From NCBI GenBank assembly GCA_038887515.1, contig JAWAKK010000001.1, forward strand, positions 192,001 through 256,000: DNA of 64,000 nt. Direction: 5' to 3'. The stretch comes from Candidatus Nezhaarchaeales archaeon (lineage in GTDB: Archaea > Thermoproteota > Methanomethylicia > Nezhaarchaeales > WYZ-LMO8). How positions within the stretch are numbered: the stretch's first letter is position 1; each line of letters opens with the position of its first letter. The notes beneath the pieces are model-generated. The model made no database searches, had not been told where the DNA came from, and saw nothing but the letters and a program-made list of their open reading frames with translations. The translations under genes and the position numbers were made by a program. Shown in pieces: positions 9,260 to 19,078 of this stretch.

Positions 9260-10039
9260 GTGTCAGACTTGATACCTAAGAATCATCCTAGATATCATTC
9301 CCTAATAGTCAGGGAGAAGCTTATAGAGCACTTTGAAAAGGGTGCGGTAGCTAAAGCCGGTCTAATAGCTCATGGAAGAGGGGAAGCCTTCGATTACATA
9401 ATAGGAGAGGAGACTATTGAACCAGCGATGAAAGCTATAAGGGCGGCGGCATGCGCACTGCTCTTGGCTAAAAGACCTGTGATCTCCGTCAACGGAAATA
9501 CAGTAGCACTTGTTAGTGAGTGGATTATTAAGCTGTCAGAGACTGTGAACGCGAAGATCGAGGTAAACTTATTTTATAGAACTAATGAGAGGTTGAAGAC
9601 CATAGAGTCCATTCTAAAAAGCCTTGGAGCTAAAGAAGTTTTAGGGGTTGACGAGAAGTATCAAGCTACAATGCCTGAACTTATGAGCGAGAGGAGGAAA
9701 GTTGATTCTAGAGGGATCCTAATAAGCGATGTTGTATTAGTGCCATTGGAGGATGGCGATAGAACTGAGGCTCTAAGGAAGATGGGGAAGACCGTTATAG
9801 CCATAGACTTAAACCCTCTATCGAGAACTGCGAGGGCCGCATCTATAACCATAGTTGATAACGTAGTTAGAGCGATCCCGAAACTTGTCAATGAGGTCTC
9901 AAGACTGAAAAACCTGCCAAGAGGCGAGTTACTTTCCATGCTGGAATCCTACGACAATAAAGCTATACTATCTGAGGTGCTGGACTACATGAGCCATAGG
10001 CTCAAAAGGTTAGCTGAAGAACTTAGAAATGAAAAGTGA
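9260..10039 (+). CDS. pps: 4-phosphopantoate--beta-alanine ligase (archaeal phosphopantothenate synthetase)
   Basis: HPRY.SL..RE, GLIAHGRGEAFDY, SVNGN, EVNLFYR, VPLEDGDR, DLNPLSRT. Confidence 0.95.
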   Translation: MSDLIPKNHPRYHSLIVREKLIEHFEKGAVAKAGLIAHGRGEAFDYIIGEETIEPAMKAIRAAACALLLAKRPVISVNGNTVALVSEWIIKLSETVNAKIEVNLFYRTNERLKTIESILKSLGAKEVLGVDEKYQATMPELMSERRKVDSRGILISDVVLVPLEDGDRTEALRKMGKTVIAIDLNPLSRTARAASITIVDNVVRAIPKLVNEVSRLKNLPRGELLSMLESYDNKAILSEVLDYMSHRLKRLAEELRNEK

Positions 10040-10375
10040 GCTTAAAGTCTCCGTAAAAGCTCGATAAGGTACTTCGCATCTCTAAGCTCTGAGCCATCTT
10101 TACGTCATGGCGGAGATTATAGGAAACGCCATCCAGACGGTGAAACATCGCATATAGTAACATTACAAAGCAGGTATAATAATCGCTCCTAGCAATCGTA
10201 ACCAAACTTACCCTCAGAACTTAACAACGCCCTCACACTCTATGGTTTAAGGGGTATCGATGGGAAGTATGGAAATTAATTGAAAAGTCCGAAAAGAAAT
10301 TAGCATCACAACTAAGATAAATGCCAATAGAAGCCAGTAATTTTCTTGTTATAGCTATTGAGGTTAGGATAACAC

Positions 10376-10784
10376 TCATTTATGTACATCGTCTTTACTC
10401 ATCAAATTACGTGCAGCAAGCAATCCAGCCTTTACTATTAAGTCGGCTGTGATCGCTTCGTACACTATTCCATTAACCTCAACATATCTGCATTCATAAG
10501 GATCACACACTACAGCATGGACTTTGACCAACCCTGCCTTGAAGCCGATCCTCAAGAGCTACGTCATTGATCCAGATTCTGTTGGATTCCAACGGTTTAT
10601 CACGAAATATATCGAGAGGAAGCTCTTCCTTCTCTACTATGACCTTTGCCCCTAGTGGTTCGAGTATCTGCCTGAGGATAGAGGCCGCCTTCTCTACTTC
10701 TTCACCCGTCACCTCACATCTAGGACATGTTTGTCCTTCGTATACAAGCCTCTGCCACCTAATTTTCAAGACTTTCAACTTCAA
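10376..10784 (-). pseudogene. DUF2703 family thioredoxin-like Cys-rich protein, frameshifted
   Basis: The first frame gives W.RL...G.TCPRC..T, ESNRIWIN, SPCCSV-stop at 10503. The homologous tail (CDPYECRYVEVNGIVYEAITADLIVKAGL...) continues in another frame to TGA at 10376. The shift falls in a short (TG)n run. Confidence 0.7.
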
Positions 10785-10997
10785 GCACCACCAATTACTA
10801 CACAAACCATCACATGCCGCAATTTAACGGTACAGCAGTACATAAAGTTTTACGTTATAAAAGACGTTATTAGAATGAAGGGGTCAACATGCAACTGTTA
10901 GCAGGCTCAAGTACTTACAAAGTACGATTTAAGGCATCTTGTAGTTTATGAAGGTATAAGTTTGAGTTCTCCACGTATTTTTCATGTTGAGTGTTTG

Positions 10998-11795
10998 TTA
11001 AAAGAATCCCTCCTCCATTGCTACTTCATAAAGCTCGCTCAAGTTAACGTCTCTCACACCATTTATTGGCTCTCCGCATTCGTAACCATTAACGATAACC
11101 CTCAATATAGGCTTAGAATATAGCTTCGATGCCCAAGAGAGAAGTCTCCTCGCGATTACGAACTTAGCGTACTTGAGTGGCCAAGCAACCTCATCTCTAC
11201 TAAGCCAAGGTTTGGAATATTTGCCAACGGTTCTTGAGAGATCCATCCCTATCATCACGACTATTTTGCAATCTAGTTCTAAAGCCATGAATACAGCTCT
11301 ATCACCATCAGTGAAACCTCCAAAGTTGTAGAGACATCCAAAAGGTTTAACTTGCGTAGTCCCGATAACCCTCTCACTAAACCTTTTCACATGCCTTTCC
11401 AGTGCTTGAATGTTGTCTCCATGGGCGTGAACGATTATATATGCCCCTCTGCGCCATACTTCATATATGTCGTCTACATTGCCATCTAAGTCTGTGACCA
11501 CGATATGAGGTATAACACCGACTTTCAGTAGTTTACTGCATGCACCATTAGCAGCTATTATCACCCCGTCTATTTTTTTCGAAAACACTGCACTTATGCC
11601 TCTCTCGATTGAAGGTCCTGCACCAACAACGAAGACGACCCTATTCTTTACAAACTCTCTTACAACGCTTACATCACAAGCTCTATCTTTAATCATTGCG
11701 TAAAGTTTTAGCGTAGCCTCGGTGTCCACGTTCATGCTTATACCTAAAGCTCCCGCGATCCAAATGTACCATGGCTCCCACAATGTCCAGTCCAA
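10998..11795 (-). CDS. mptE: 6-hydroxymethyl-7,8-dihydropterin pyrophosphokinase
   Basis: VGAGPS, VTDLDG, HAHGDN, GTTQ, NFGGFTDGDRA, GMD..GKYSK. Confidence 0.92.
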   Translation of the reverse strand: MDWTLWEPWYIWIAGALGISMNVDTEATLKLYAMIKDRACDVSVVREFVKNRVVFVVGAGPSIERGISAVFSKKIDGVIIAANGACSKLLKVGVIPHIVVTDLDGNVDDIYEVWRRGAYIIVHAHGDNIQALERHVKRFSERVIGTTQVKPFGCLYNFGGFTDGDRAVFMALELDCKIVVMIGMDLSRTVGKYSKPWLSRDEVAWPLKYAKFVIARRLLSWASKLYSKPILRVIVNGYECGEPINGVRDVNLSELYEVAMEEGFF

Positions 11796-11825
11796 GAAGC
11801 AGCGACCTCCGCTTTCTCTAGGATA

Positions 11826-12707
11826 TTATGAGAACTCGCCTATTGTGCCCTTCTGTTTGGCTACTAGGTCATGTTTATGGATGCTCTCTTCGCTTCTAAC
11901 GTAACACTCAAAAAATGTAGACTTAGGGAAGTCCTTGAATTCCTCTACTATTGCCTTAACCATTGACCTAATAACGTCTTCTGCAAACTTTGGATTCAAC
12001 ACTGCTTTGCATATGACCTCACCTTCATCGCTCCTCTTTAGCAAGCCATATGTTGGAGAGCTTACGGACCTCTGAATTATCTTTACAAGTTTAATGGCAT
12101 CTAGATCGTATCCCTGAGGAACCTCAATCAATATTTTACCGGTAACTCTCTGCATATGCGTAGCAAGCGGAATTTCGATCGATGGTTTATCCTCGAAAAA
12201 CTGCCTTACTTTCTCTTTAACGTACTCTAAAGCACATGGACAGGCAGTCATGCCTTTAACTGATACTCCTACAGCCTTTTTTGCTGTTATTTGCCCCTTT
12301 GATCGGAGGCCCCAAGCTTTCCCTATGAGTAGGCACGGTTCAAAACTTATTAAATCGGAATTCTCAACTCGGCTTTCGAAGATGATCTCTCCCTTAGCCT
12401 TAACGTAAGACCTAGAAGCATAATCGTGCTTCTCTAAAAGAGCTATAGCCATTTTCTCACATATATCTTCAAGCTTCCCAGCTTTCATCGCAAAGTGGGA
12501 AACGACTTCTGCTATTACTTGGTAATGACGAGAAGCGTGAATCCCCTTCATAGTTGAAGGGAGGTTTATATAGGCATCGAAGACTGGAAGAGTATAATGA
12601 GGTTTTCCACCAAACTTTACAAAGGCTACTGGCATTTTTACTCCTTTGACGCCGACGAATTGTAACGGTATTGAAAATGTAGGCTTTTTTTCATGTACAT
12701 CTTCCAT
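11826..12707 (-). CDS. mptA: GTP cyclohydrolase MptA (FolE2/IV family)
   Basis: KGIHASR, GMTACPCA, THMQR, LLKRSDE, NPKFAED, ESIHKHD; likely start ATG 12707. Confidence 0.93.
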   Translation of the reverse strand: MEDVHEKKPTFSIPLQFVGVKGVKMPVAFVKFGGKPHYTLPVFDAYINLPSTMKGIHASRHYQVIAEVVSHFAMKAGKLEDICEKMAIALLEKHDYASRSYVKAKGEIIFESRVENSDLISFEPCLLIGKAWGLRSKGQITAKKAVGVSVKGMTACPCALEYVKEKVRQFFEDKPSIEIPLATHMQRVTGKILIEVPQGYDLDAIKLVKIIQRSVSSPTYGLLKRSDEGEVICKAVLNPKFAEDVIRSMVKAIVEEFKDFPKSTFFECYVRSEESIHKHDLVAKQKGTIGEFS

Positions 12708-12819
12708 TAATACCACTACTCCAAAGGTTAAGGAAAATATAGATTTACTTATAAAATAATTATCTTTTTGCATTTACAGTTTCGGTAAAAAAGTACTTAC
12801 CAGTAGTGGTGAAGTCTTT

Positions 12820-13455
12820 TTGACTTTAACGAAAAAAGTCCACGTAAAGCCTGGAGCTCTATACGAAGTTATAGTAACAACTTTGGGCTCCGATGGTAGA
12901 CCGCATGCAGCCCCTATGGGAATCCGGATGATAGATTACAATTCGTTCAGTATGAGATCATATGGCGAGACCAAGACCCTTTTAAACTTGAGATTGAGAG
13001 GCCAAGGAGTTTTGAACGTAGTCGACGACGTCGAAGTATTTTTTAAGTGCATCTTTGAGCCGCATAAATTGTCGTTCGATTGGTCAATGACTATTCCGAG
13101 GCTTAAAAGTGCTTGTGCATGGCTTCTATTTAGGGTTGAAAATATAGTTACGAGAGATGAATACTATGAGCTGTTGTGCTCAATAGTAGACTTCAATGCT
13201 GTAAAGAAGAAACCGAAACCTCTATGTAGAGCTGAAACCTCTCTACTTGAAGCTCTGATACACTATACAAGGGTTAAGTACTATAAGTCCATAGGGGATG
13301 AACCAAAAGTTTGCGAACTGAAGGAGTTGTTAAACCACCACCTTTTGATAGTAGAACGAATCGGCTGGCCAAAATTGAAGCGTATGGCGAGTGAGCTGAA
13401 GATGAAAGTTCTTGAGCTTGGCATTGAGCCCCATCGAAATTACCTTTTAAGATGA
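12820..13455 (+). CDS. DUF447 family protein (split-barrel, flavin-binding-like)
   Basis: EVIVTT....PHAAPMGI, T..NL, RAE..LLEALIHYTR; divergent from mptA. Confidence 0.85.
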   Translation: MTLTKKVHVKPGALYEVIVTTLGSDGRPHAAPMGIRMIDYNSFSMRSYGETKTLLNLRLRGQGVLNVVDDVEVFFKCIFEPHKLSFDWSMTIPRLKSACAWLLFRVENIVTRDEYYELLCSIVDFNAVKKKPKPLCRAETSLLEALIHYTRVKYYKSIGDEPKVCELKELLNHHLLIVERIGWPKLKRMASELKMKVLELGIEPHRNYLLR

Positions 13456-13694
13456 ACATAGTTCATTCAAACTTAGTTTACTTGGATAATTCAAAGGGCC
13501 GTCGCGCATGTTATTAGAGTTCTTCTAGCTCCAAAAATTTCATTATTAGGTCAGATGGCCTTGTACATTAAGGCAGTAAACGGCGATCTTAGTGCAATGC
13601 GTAAAAGGAATTTTGAGAATAAGCCTTGAAGTCTCCCCCTTAACAGGGCCTATAATGGTATGTAGTCTGCAAAGCTTAGAGCAAATTAAGTTTG

Positions 13695-14600
13695 TTAAGT
13701 CCCGGAATCTAAAACTTTAGGGCCGTGATCTGAAATGCCGCAAACGATTATTTGTCTACCTTTTAGTTGGTCAGTTAGCAAGTCGCGCAACTTATTAACG
13801 TTGCTTTCGTAGGCTAAAACATAAAAGACGCCCTTCTTAACTGAAGCACCTACAGCACCTTCCTCGACAATCATTTCGGCAAGCTCTTTGATATCTCCAT
13901 CCATGAAGCCTACTTCTTCGGCGAATTTTTTAGCGTTATACATAAGTTCCTTCACGTTAGGCCTTTTCAGGAGCTTCGAAAGAGCTTTAAGACCATAAGT
14001 GTTTATGACGTCCCTCCTGCTTTCGATCATCTCCTTTGTTGACATAGTTCGTAGAGTAGCAACTATTACGCGTAAGTTTTGATCGTATGGTAACCAATCG
14101 ACGATGCCGATACCTGGCGCTCCTTCTCTAACTCTGATCTCGACTCCGCCATGAATTTGTGCAATCACATCGCCTAAGCCCGTCAAGTGCTCGACCTCGA
14201 CAACGTGCGCTATAGTGCCCGCTTGAAGAACAGTCATCACATCGCCTAGTGCTTTCGAAAGAGCCAACGCTGAACCTAAAGCTGTAGCTCCACTGACACC
14301 ATAACCCACACCCATGGGTACTTCGCTTTCGTGAAGTATCTTAACCCTAGCTTTTACGCCTAGACCCCTAAGCATCCTTTTAACTACTTCTCTGGAAATT
14401 TCGTTGCCGCCAATAATCTCTATTTCCTCTCTAAGAGAAAGGTGTATGCAGGTCTTAACACCGATATCTAGATTTAGCCCTGCACCTCTAGAGCCTGTCT
14501 CTAAAACATTTTCGTGCTCTTTAATTTCGAAGAAGCAGGTTATGTGACATGGAACCCAAACAGATGCCTTAACCTCTCTACCAAGTTTTATTCCTGACAT
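13695..14600 (-). CDS. pok: Pantoate kinase (GHMP family)
   Basis: VPCHITCFF, GSRGAG, P.GVGYGVSGA, AH..EV...TGLGDV, GAPG. Confidence 0.92.
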   Translation of the reverse strand: MSGIKLGREVKASVWVPCHITCFFEIKEHENVLETGSRGAGLNLDIGVKTCIHLSLREEIEIIGGNEISREVVKRMLRGLGVKARVKILHESEVPMGVGYGVSGATALGSALALSKALGDVMTVLQAGTIAHVVEVEHLTGLGDVIAQIHGGVEIRVREGAPGIGIVDWLPYDQNLRVIVATLRTMSTKEMIESRRDVINTYGLKALSKLLKRPNVKELMYNAKKFAEEVGFMDGDIKELAEMIVEEGAVGASVKKGVFYVLAYESNVNKLRDLLTDQLKGRQIIVCGISDHGPKVLDSGT

Positions 14601-14793
14601 TTCAGTCGTCCTCCTTCTTATTTTATGAACTTAAATTTGCTGCTAAGCTTCTTTCTAGAGATTAACTTCACAAAAGCGTTTAAAGTAATAGAATTAAACG
14701 CGAAGATGATGTTGAAGATTCAGCGAGTAGTCCTGTTAATAGCTGTTTTCTAATAGTTTTTCCCGAGAAAAGGTTTATTAAAAGGTTTAAGTA

Positions 14794-17328
14794 GTGGAAG
14801 GAGAACAAGTGATGATAGAAAAGCCACATGCCCTTCAAATCGAAGAGATATTCAGACTGCTAAACTCATCTCCCAAAGGATTAACGCAAGAAGAAGCATC
14901 AAGAAGGCTTAAGGTTTATGGCAAGAACGTCTTAGAAGAAGAGAAGGTTAGTAAATTAAAGATGTTCTTGAGACAATTTAAGAGTTACTTGATTTACGTA
15001 CTACTATTGGCAGCACTAATAGCCATGATTGCTGGCAAGATTAGAGACTTCGTGATAATAACCTTCTTGATTCTAGTTAATGGAATTATAGGGTATTGGC
15101 AGGAGCTTAAAGCCGAATCGTCTATAAGAGCCTTAAAGAAACTTACTGAAAGCAAAGTAAAGGTTCTAAGAGATGGAATGTTAATTGAGGTACCATCTTC
15201 AGAGCTAGTTCCTGGAGACGTTGTAATTCTGTCCGAAGGAGACTTAGTAACGGCGGATATAAGGTTGTTCAAGGACTCAGGTTTGATGGTAGATGAATCG
15301 ACGATAACTGGCGAGTCTATCCCCGTATCGAAGGACTGCTCACTTCAGGTACCTCCAGATGCTATGCCTTACGAACTTAAGAACATGGTCTTAGCCGGAA
15401 CTACCATTGTTAGGGGTTCTGGAACCGGTATAGTTGTTAGGACCGGAAGGTCAACGTATTTGGCTTCAATAGCTGATAAAGCCAAAGAGAAATCACCTGA
15501 AAGCCCCTTTACGAGAGCAATGAACCTCTTTGTTAGAAGATACGTGTCATTAGTGATAGTTCTCTTAACAGTTGTAGGCGTTGTTGGATACTTTCAAGCT
15601 AGAAATATAGTTGAAATAGCTTACTTCCTCGTAGCCCAGCTGGTCTCAGCTGTTCCTGAAGGCCTACCTATAGTTACGGTCCTAGTTCTAACTATAGGAG
15701 CTATGTCCTTAAGCAAAAAGAAAACTCTTGTGAGGTATCTACCGGCAGTAGAGACTCTTGGAAGCACAACAGTAATAGTGTCAGATAAAACTGGAACTAT
15801 TACCGAAGGAAGGCTTATGGTCAAGGAATTTTATACAACAGATCGAGAGAAGCTCAAGTTGATAGCTGCTCTATGTAACGATGCTAGGGGCGGTATTGGA
15901 GACCCGATAGATGTCGCTCTAGCTAGATGGGTTGGTGATGACTACGAGATACTTAGAACGCGGTATCCTAGAGTTAAGGAGTATCCTTTCGATGTCAAGC
16001 GTAGGTTTATGGCGACCGTAAATAACGTTTATGGTCGATTGATGATTTTTATTAAAGGGGCTTACGAAGCTCTCACACCTATAGCTAATAACAGTCCCAA
16101 CAGCTTAAAGGAACTAGAGAAGGCGTTAGAGTCTATGGCTGATAGAGGTCTCAGGGTTCTAGCTCTAGGCATCGGCGAGTGGAATGGAGATGACTTTGAG
16201 AACTGGAAGATAGAGATAGTCGGGCTTGTAGGCTTCCTCGACCCTCCAAAGGAGGGGGTCGAGGAAGCAGTCTTAACAGCCAGAAAGGCCGGTATAAGGG
16301 TCATAATGGTAACAGGCGACTATCCTTTAACGGCAAGAGCCGTAGCTAAAGATGTTGGAATATGGAGTGAAGGTGACCTAGTACTTACTGGAAAGGACGT
16401 AGACTCGATGGATGATGACGAGCTCTATGAGGCGTTGAAGAGAACAACAGTCCTAGCTAGGACATTACCTGAGCAAAAATATCGAGTAGTTAAGGTACTA
16501 CAGGAAAGAGGAGAAATAGTATCAGTAACTGGCGATGGCGTCAACGACGTCCCTGCATTGAAAGTAGCGGATTTAGGAGTAGCTATGGGTTCAGGGACTG
16601 AAGCTGCCAAAAGCGTGGCAAAAATGATCATAGTGGACAATAACTTGAAAGTTATAGTTGATGCAATTAGAGGCGGAAGGATAATAGCCGACAACATTAG
16701 GAAGGTTATATACTATTTAGTGTCGACTAACATAGGAGAGCTCGTATTAATATCTTCGGCAATACTAGCAGGGTTACCTCTACCACTTTATCCAACTCAA
16801 GTATTGTGGGTAAATCTCGTTACCAATGGGGTCCAAGATAAGACGTTTCCATTGGCAAAGGAAGAGGGCAATGTAATGGGACGTGTCCCGAGAAATCCTT
16901 ACAAACAGTTCTTCGATTTGTCCCAGATAGCTAGGATATTGATCTTTGGCCTCGTCATGGGATTGGGAAACTTCTTCCTCTTTAACCACTTATTGAATAT
17001 ATGTGGCGTTGAAAGAGCTATTTCTATAATCTTCACTTCAGTTGTTATAGCTGAATGGTTAAACGGATTTCAAGCTCAGAAAGAGAAAGAACCTTTCTTC
17101 AAGAATATAAGGAAGAGTTTAACGATAAACCCCTACATATTCTTGGGTACATGTATTGGTTTGGCCTTACAGGTACTAGCTCTTTACGTGGTGCCTGATT
17201 GGTTCCATGCTATACCTATAACTTTAGAATGTTGGGGTTATGCCTCAATAGTCCCATTAGCGTGCTTCATGACTGTTGAGATTAGGAAGTGGGCTGAGCT
17301 ATTGATTGAGAAACTCAAGAGAGGGTAA
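14794..17328 (+). CDS. P-type (P2A-like) cation-transporting ATPase
   Basis: TGES, PEGL, DKTGT, KGA, DPP, TGD, TGDGVND; TM6 reads NLVTNGVQD. Confidence 0.95.
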   Translation: MEGEQVMIEKPHALQIEEIFRLLNSSPKGLTQEEASRRLKVYGKNVLEEEKVSKLKMFLRQFKSYLIYVLLLAALIAMIAGKIRDFVIITFLILVNGIIGYWQELKAESSIRALKKLTESKVKVLRDGMLIEVPSSELVPGDVVILSEGDLVTADIRLFKDSGLMVDESTITGESIPVSKDCSLQVPPDAMPYELKNMVLAGTTIVRGSGTGIVVRTGRSTYLASIADKAKEKSPESPFTRAMNLFVRRYVSLVIVLLTVVGVVGYFQARNIVEIAYFLVAQLVSAVPEGLPIVTVLVLTIGAMSLSKKKTLVRYLPAVETLGSTTVIVSDKTGTITEGRLMVKEFYTTDREKLKLIAALCNDARGGIGDPIDVALARWVGDDYEILRTRYPRVKEYPFDVKRRFMATVNNVYGRLMIFIKGAYEALTPIANNSPNSLKELEKALESMADRGLRVLALGIGEWNGDDFENWKIEIVGLVGFLDPPKEGVEEAVLTARKAGIRVIMVTGDYPLTARAVAKDVGIWSEGDLVLTGKDVDSMDDDELYEALKRTTVLARTLPEQKYRVVKVLQERGEIVSVTGDGVNDVPALKVADLGVAMGSGTEAAKSVAKMIIVDNNLKVIVDAIRGGRIIADNIRKVIYYLVSTNIGELVLISSAILAGLPLPLYPTQVLWVNLVTNGVQDKTFPLAKEEGNVMGRVPRNPYKQFFDLSQIARILIFGLVMGLGNFFLFNHLLNICGVERAISIIFTSVVIAEWLNGFQAQKEKEPFFKNIRKSLTINPYIFLGTCIGLALQVLALYVVPDWFHAIPITLECWGYASIVPLACFMTVEIRKWAELLIEKLKRG

Positions 17329-17717
17329 GTGCTATAAGTCGCTGACATAGTTTTCTTGAGCCCTACTAATACTTTCGCTAGCCTTCAGAGTATATCGTTA
17401 AGGATTAACATCACGAATAACGTAGTCGTCGTAATTGAATGGAGAGGTCAACGGCATCGTTACTGACAGATTAGATGCAATACATCAATGCTTTGAACCC
17501 TAGACTAGAGCCCATTATAGTTGCGTACTTTCCCTGAATTTGAAAATGTTATCGGTCATACATAAGAAGTCATGTTGGTGGTGTTATAGAGCTTGGAGTT
17601 TGTCTTGCCGGAATTTAGAAAGTGCAACTCCAACAACAAAATCAAGTGAACTTAACTACGCTTAAGTAGGATAAGTTATTTTAACAACGCTAACAATCTT
17701 CTGTTTGTGGAGGCTTA

Positions 17718-18701
17718 ATGATGCTTTCGTCTAGAAAAGCCCTGTTATTGATAATAGTCCTCGCATTCTTAATCGCTTTTACATCCTATACGTCTTATGC
17801 CCTCTCTATTGAAAATAGGAGGTTGAAGTTTGAATTAATGCAGATGGAGACTTTTCGTCTATCATATGAACAGCTAAAGAAATTGGAGAAGGAATTTGAA
17901 GACCTTTATAGGAGTTACCACGAAGTCCTTGAGGCGAATAAGAAGCTTGAGGAGGCCTTGAGGTATTTACAGGGCAAGCTCGTACTTCCATACAACTTCA
18001 CGTTGATGGAACTGGAGGAGTTTGCTGAAAAGTACCATTTCGCTTATGACGAGGAAATGATAAGGTTTGTGATGAATGCTACCGGCGGTTGGGATGGGAG
18101 CGAAGTCGATTTCTTCTCAGACCTATACAGTATATATGCAGCCTGGAGGGGCACCTTCATTTACGATGAAAAAGCATCTACACCAACAATCTCCCTTCCA
18201 TTCATTAACATAGGGGGGTGGAACTACTATAAAACTACATTGGGCGACGAGTATTTAGCTGAGGTTCTTTTCTACGAGGACAACCCGAAAGAAGTTAACG
18301 AAGTCTCCGCCATCCTAGAATTCAGGCAGCATAGGGGTACTTGTGGAAGCTACGCTCATGTATTAGTCACCCTATACTACGTTTACTTCGATATAATCAA
18401 TAGAAAGATACCTGTAGCCTATCTGTCAGTAGGGATAGAAGGCCTAGCACATCATGCATGTGTCCTGCTAAGGACTGAGGGCGACAAAGTAGTAATAATA
18501 GATTGGGAGCCCATCACGGCTGAAGCCAACATGGTGAAGTTTATTCCAATCGATGATGCCAAACAATTGCATAGCAAATACTGGTTGGGGCGGGAACTAA
18601 CATACGAAGGCGTATGGATGCGGCCTAACATCAATAGAACCTTTTCTTCTTACGAAGAATTCAAAAAGTGGCTAGTGGAAGAGTTCAACCATACATCATA
18701 G
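17718..18701 (+). CDS. Membrane-anchored coiled-coil protein with C-terminal transglutaminase-like (Cys-His-Asp) domain
   Basis: N-terminal TM, heptad stalk, then GTCGSYA..L (Cys), HHACV (His), VIIDW (Asp). Confidence 0.7.
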   Translation: MMLSSRKALLLIIVLAFLIAFTSYTSYALSIENRRLKFELMQMETFRLSYEQLKKLEKEFEDLYRSYHEVLEANKKLEEALRYLQGKLVLPYNFTLMELEEFAEKYHFAYDEEMIRFVMNATGGWDGSEVDFFSDLYSIYAAWRGTFIYDEKASTPTISLPFINIGGWNYYKTTLGDEYLAEVLFYEDNPKEVNEVSAILEFRQHRGTCGSYAHVLVTLYYVYFDIINRKIPVAYLSVGIEGLAHHACVLLRTEGDKVVIIDWEPITAEANMVKFIPIDDAKQLHSKYWLGRELTYEGVWMRPNINRTFSSYEEFKKWLVEEFNHTS

Positions 18702-19078
18702 ATACTCACAGTTTAGCTTTACAACTTGAGAAACTACTAACATTCTTCTTTAAGTCTTTATTAAATCACGCGTAAATGTACAGGGTTAATTAATAGTTTT
18801 TAAATTTGGTCTACGTACATGCCGTAAGATAGAAAACTAAAGTCTCAAGAAAAGTCTTCGTACCATCCGGTACATTATTAACCATCTTTTAAAATTGGAG
18901 CTGAAATATCGACATTCTTAAACCCGTTGGAGTCTACGTTTATTACGAGATTACATTTCTTCTAGACCTCGCAATATCTAAATCCTAGTGATGAAGTTTA
19001 GAAGTGAAGCTTAGTTGTCGATTAAACGTAATCTTTTAAACGAAGTGCTTATTACAATGTCGCATATGGAAGGTTGCG

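Noticed and set aside
10503-10505. TGA after CCSV as possible selenocysteine
   Set aside because: Read-through meets further stops within a few codons, and the homologous tail is in another frame, so a frameshift explains it better.
17329-17717. Possible decayed membrane-protein gene on the minus strand after the P-type ATPase
   Set aside because: Only short hydrophobic fragments broken by stops; no family could be assigned.
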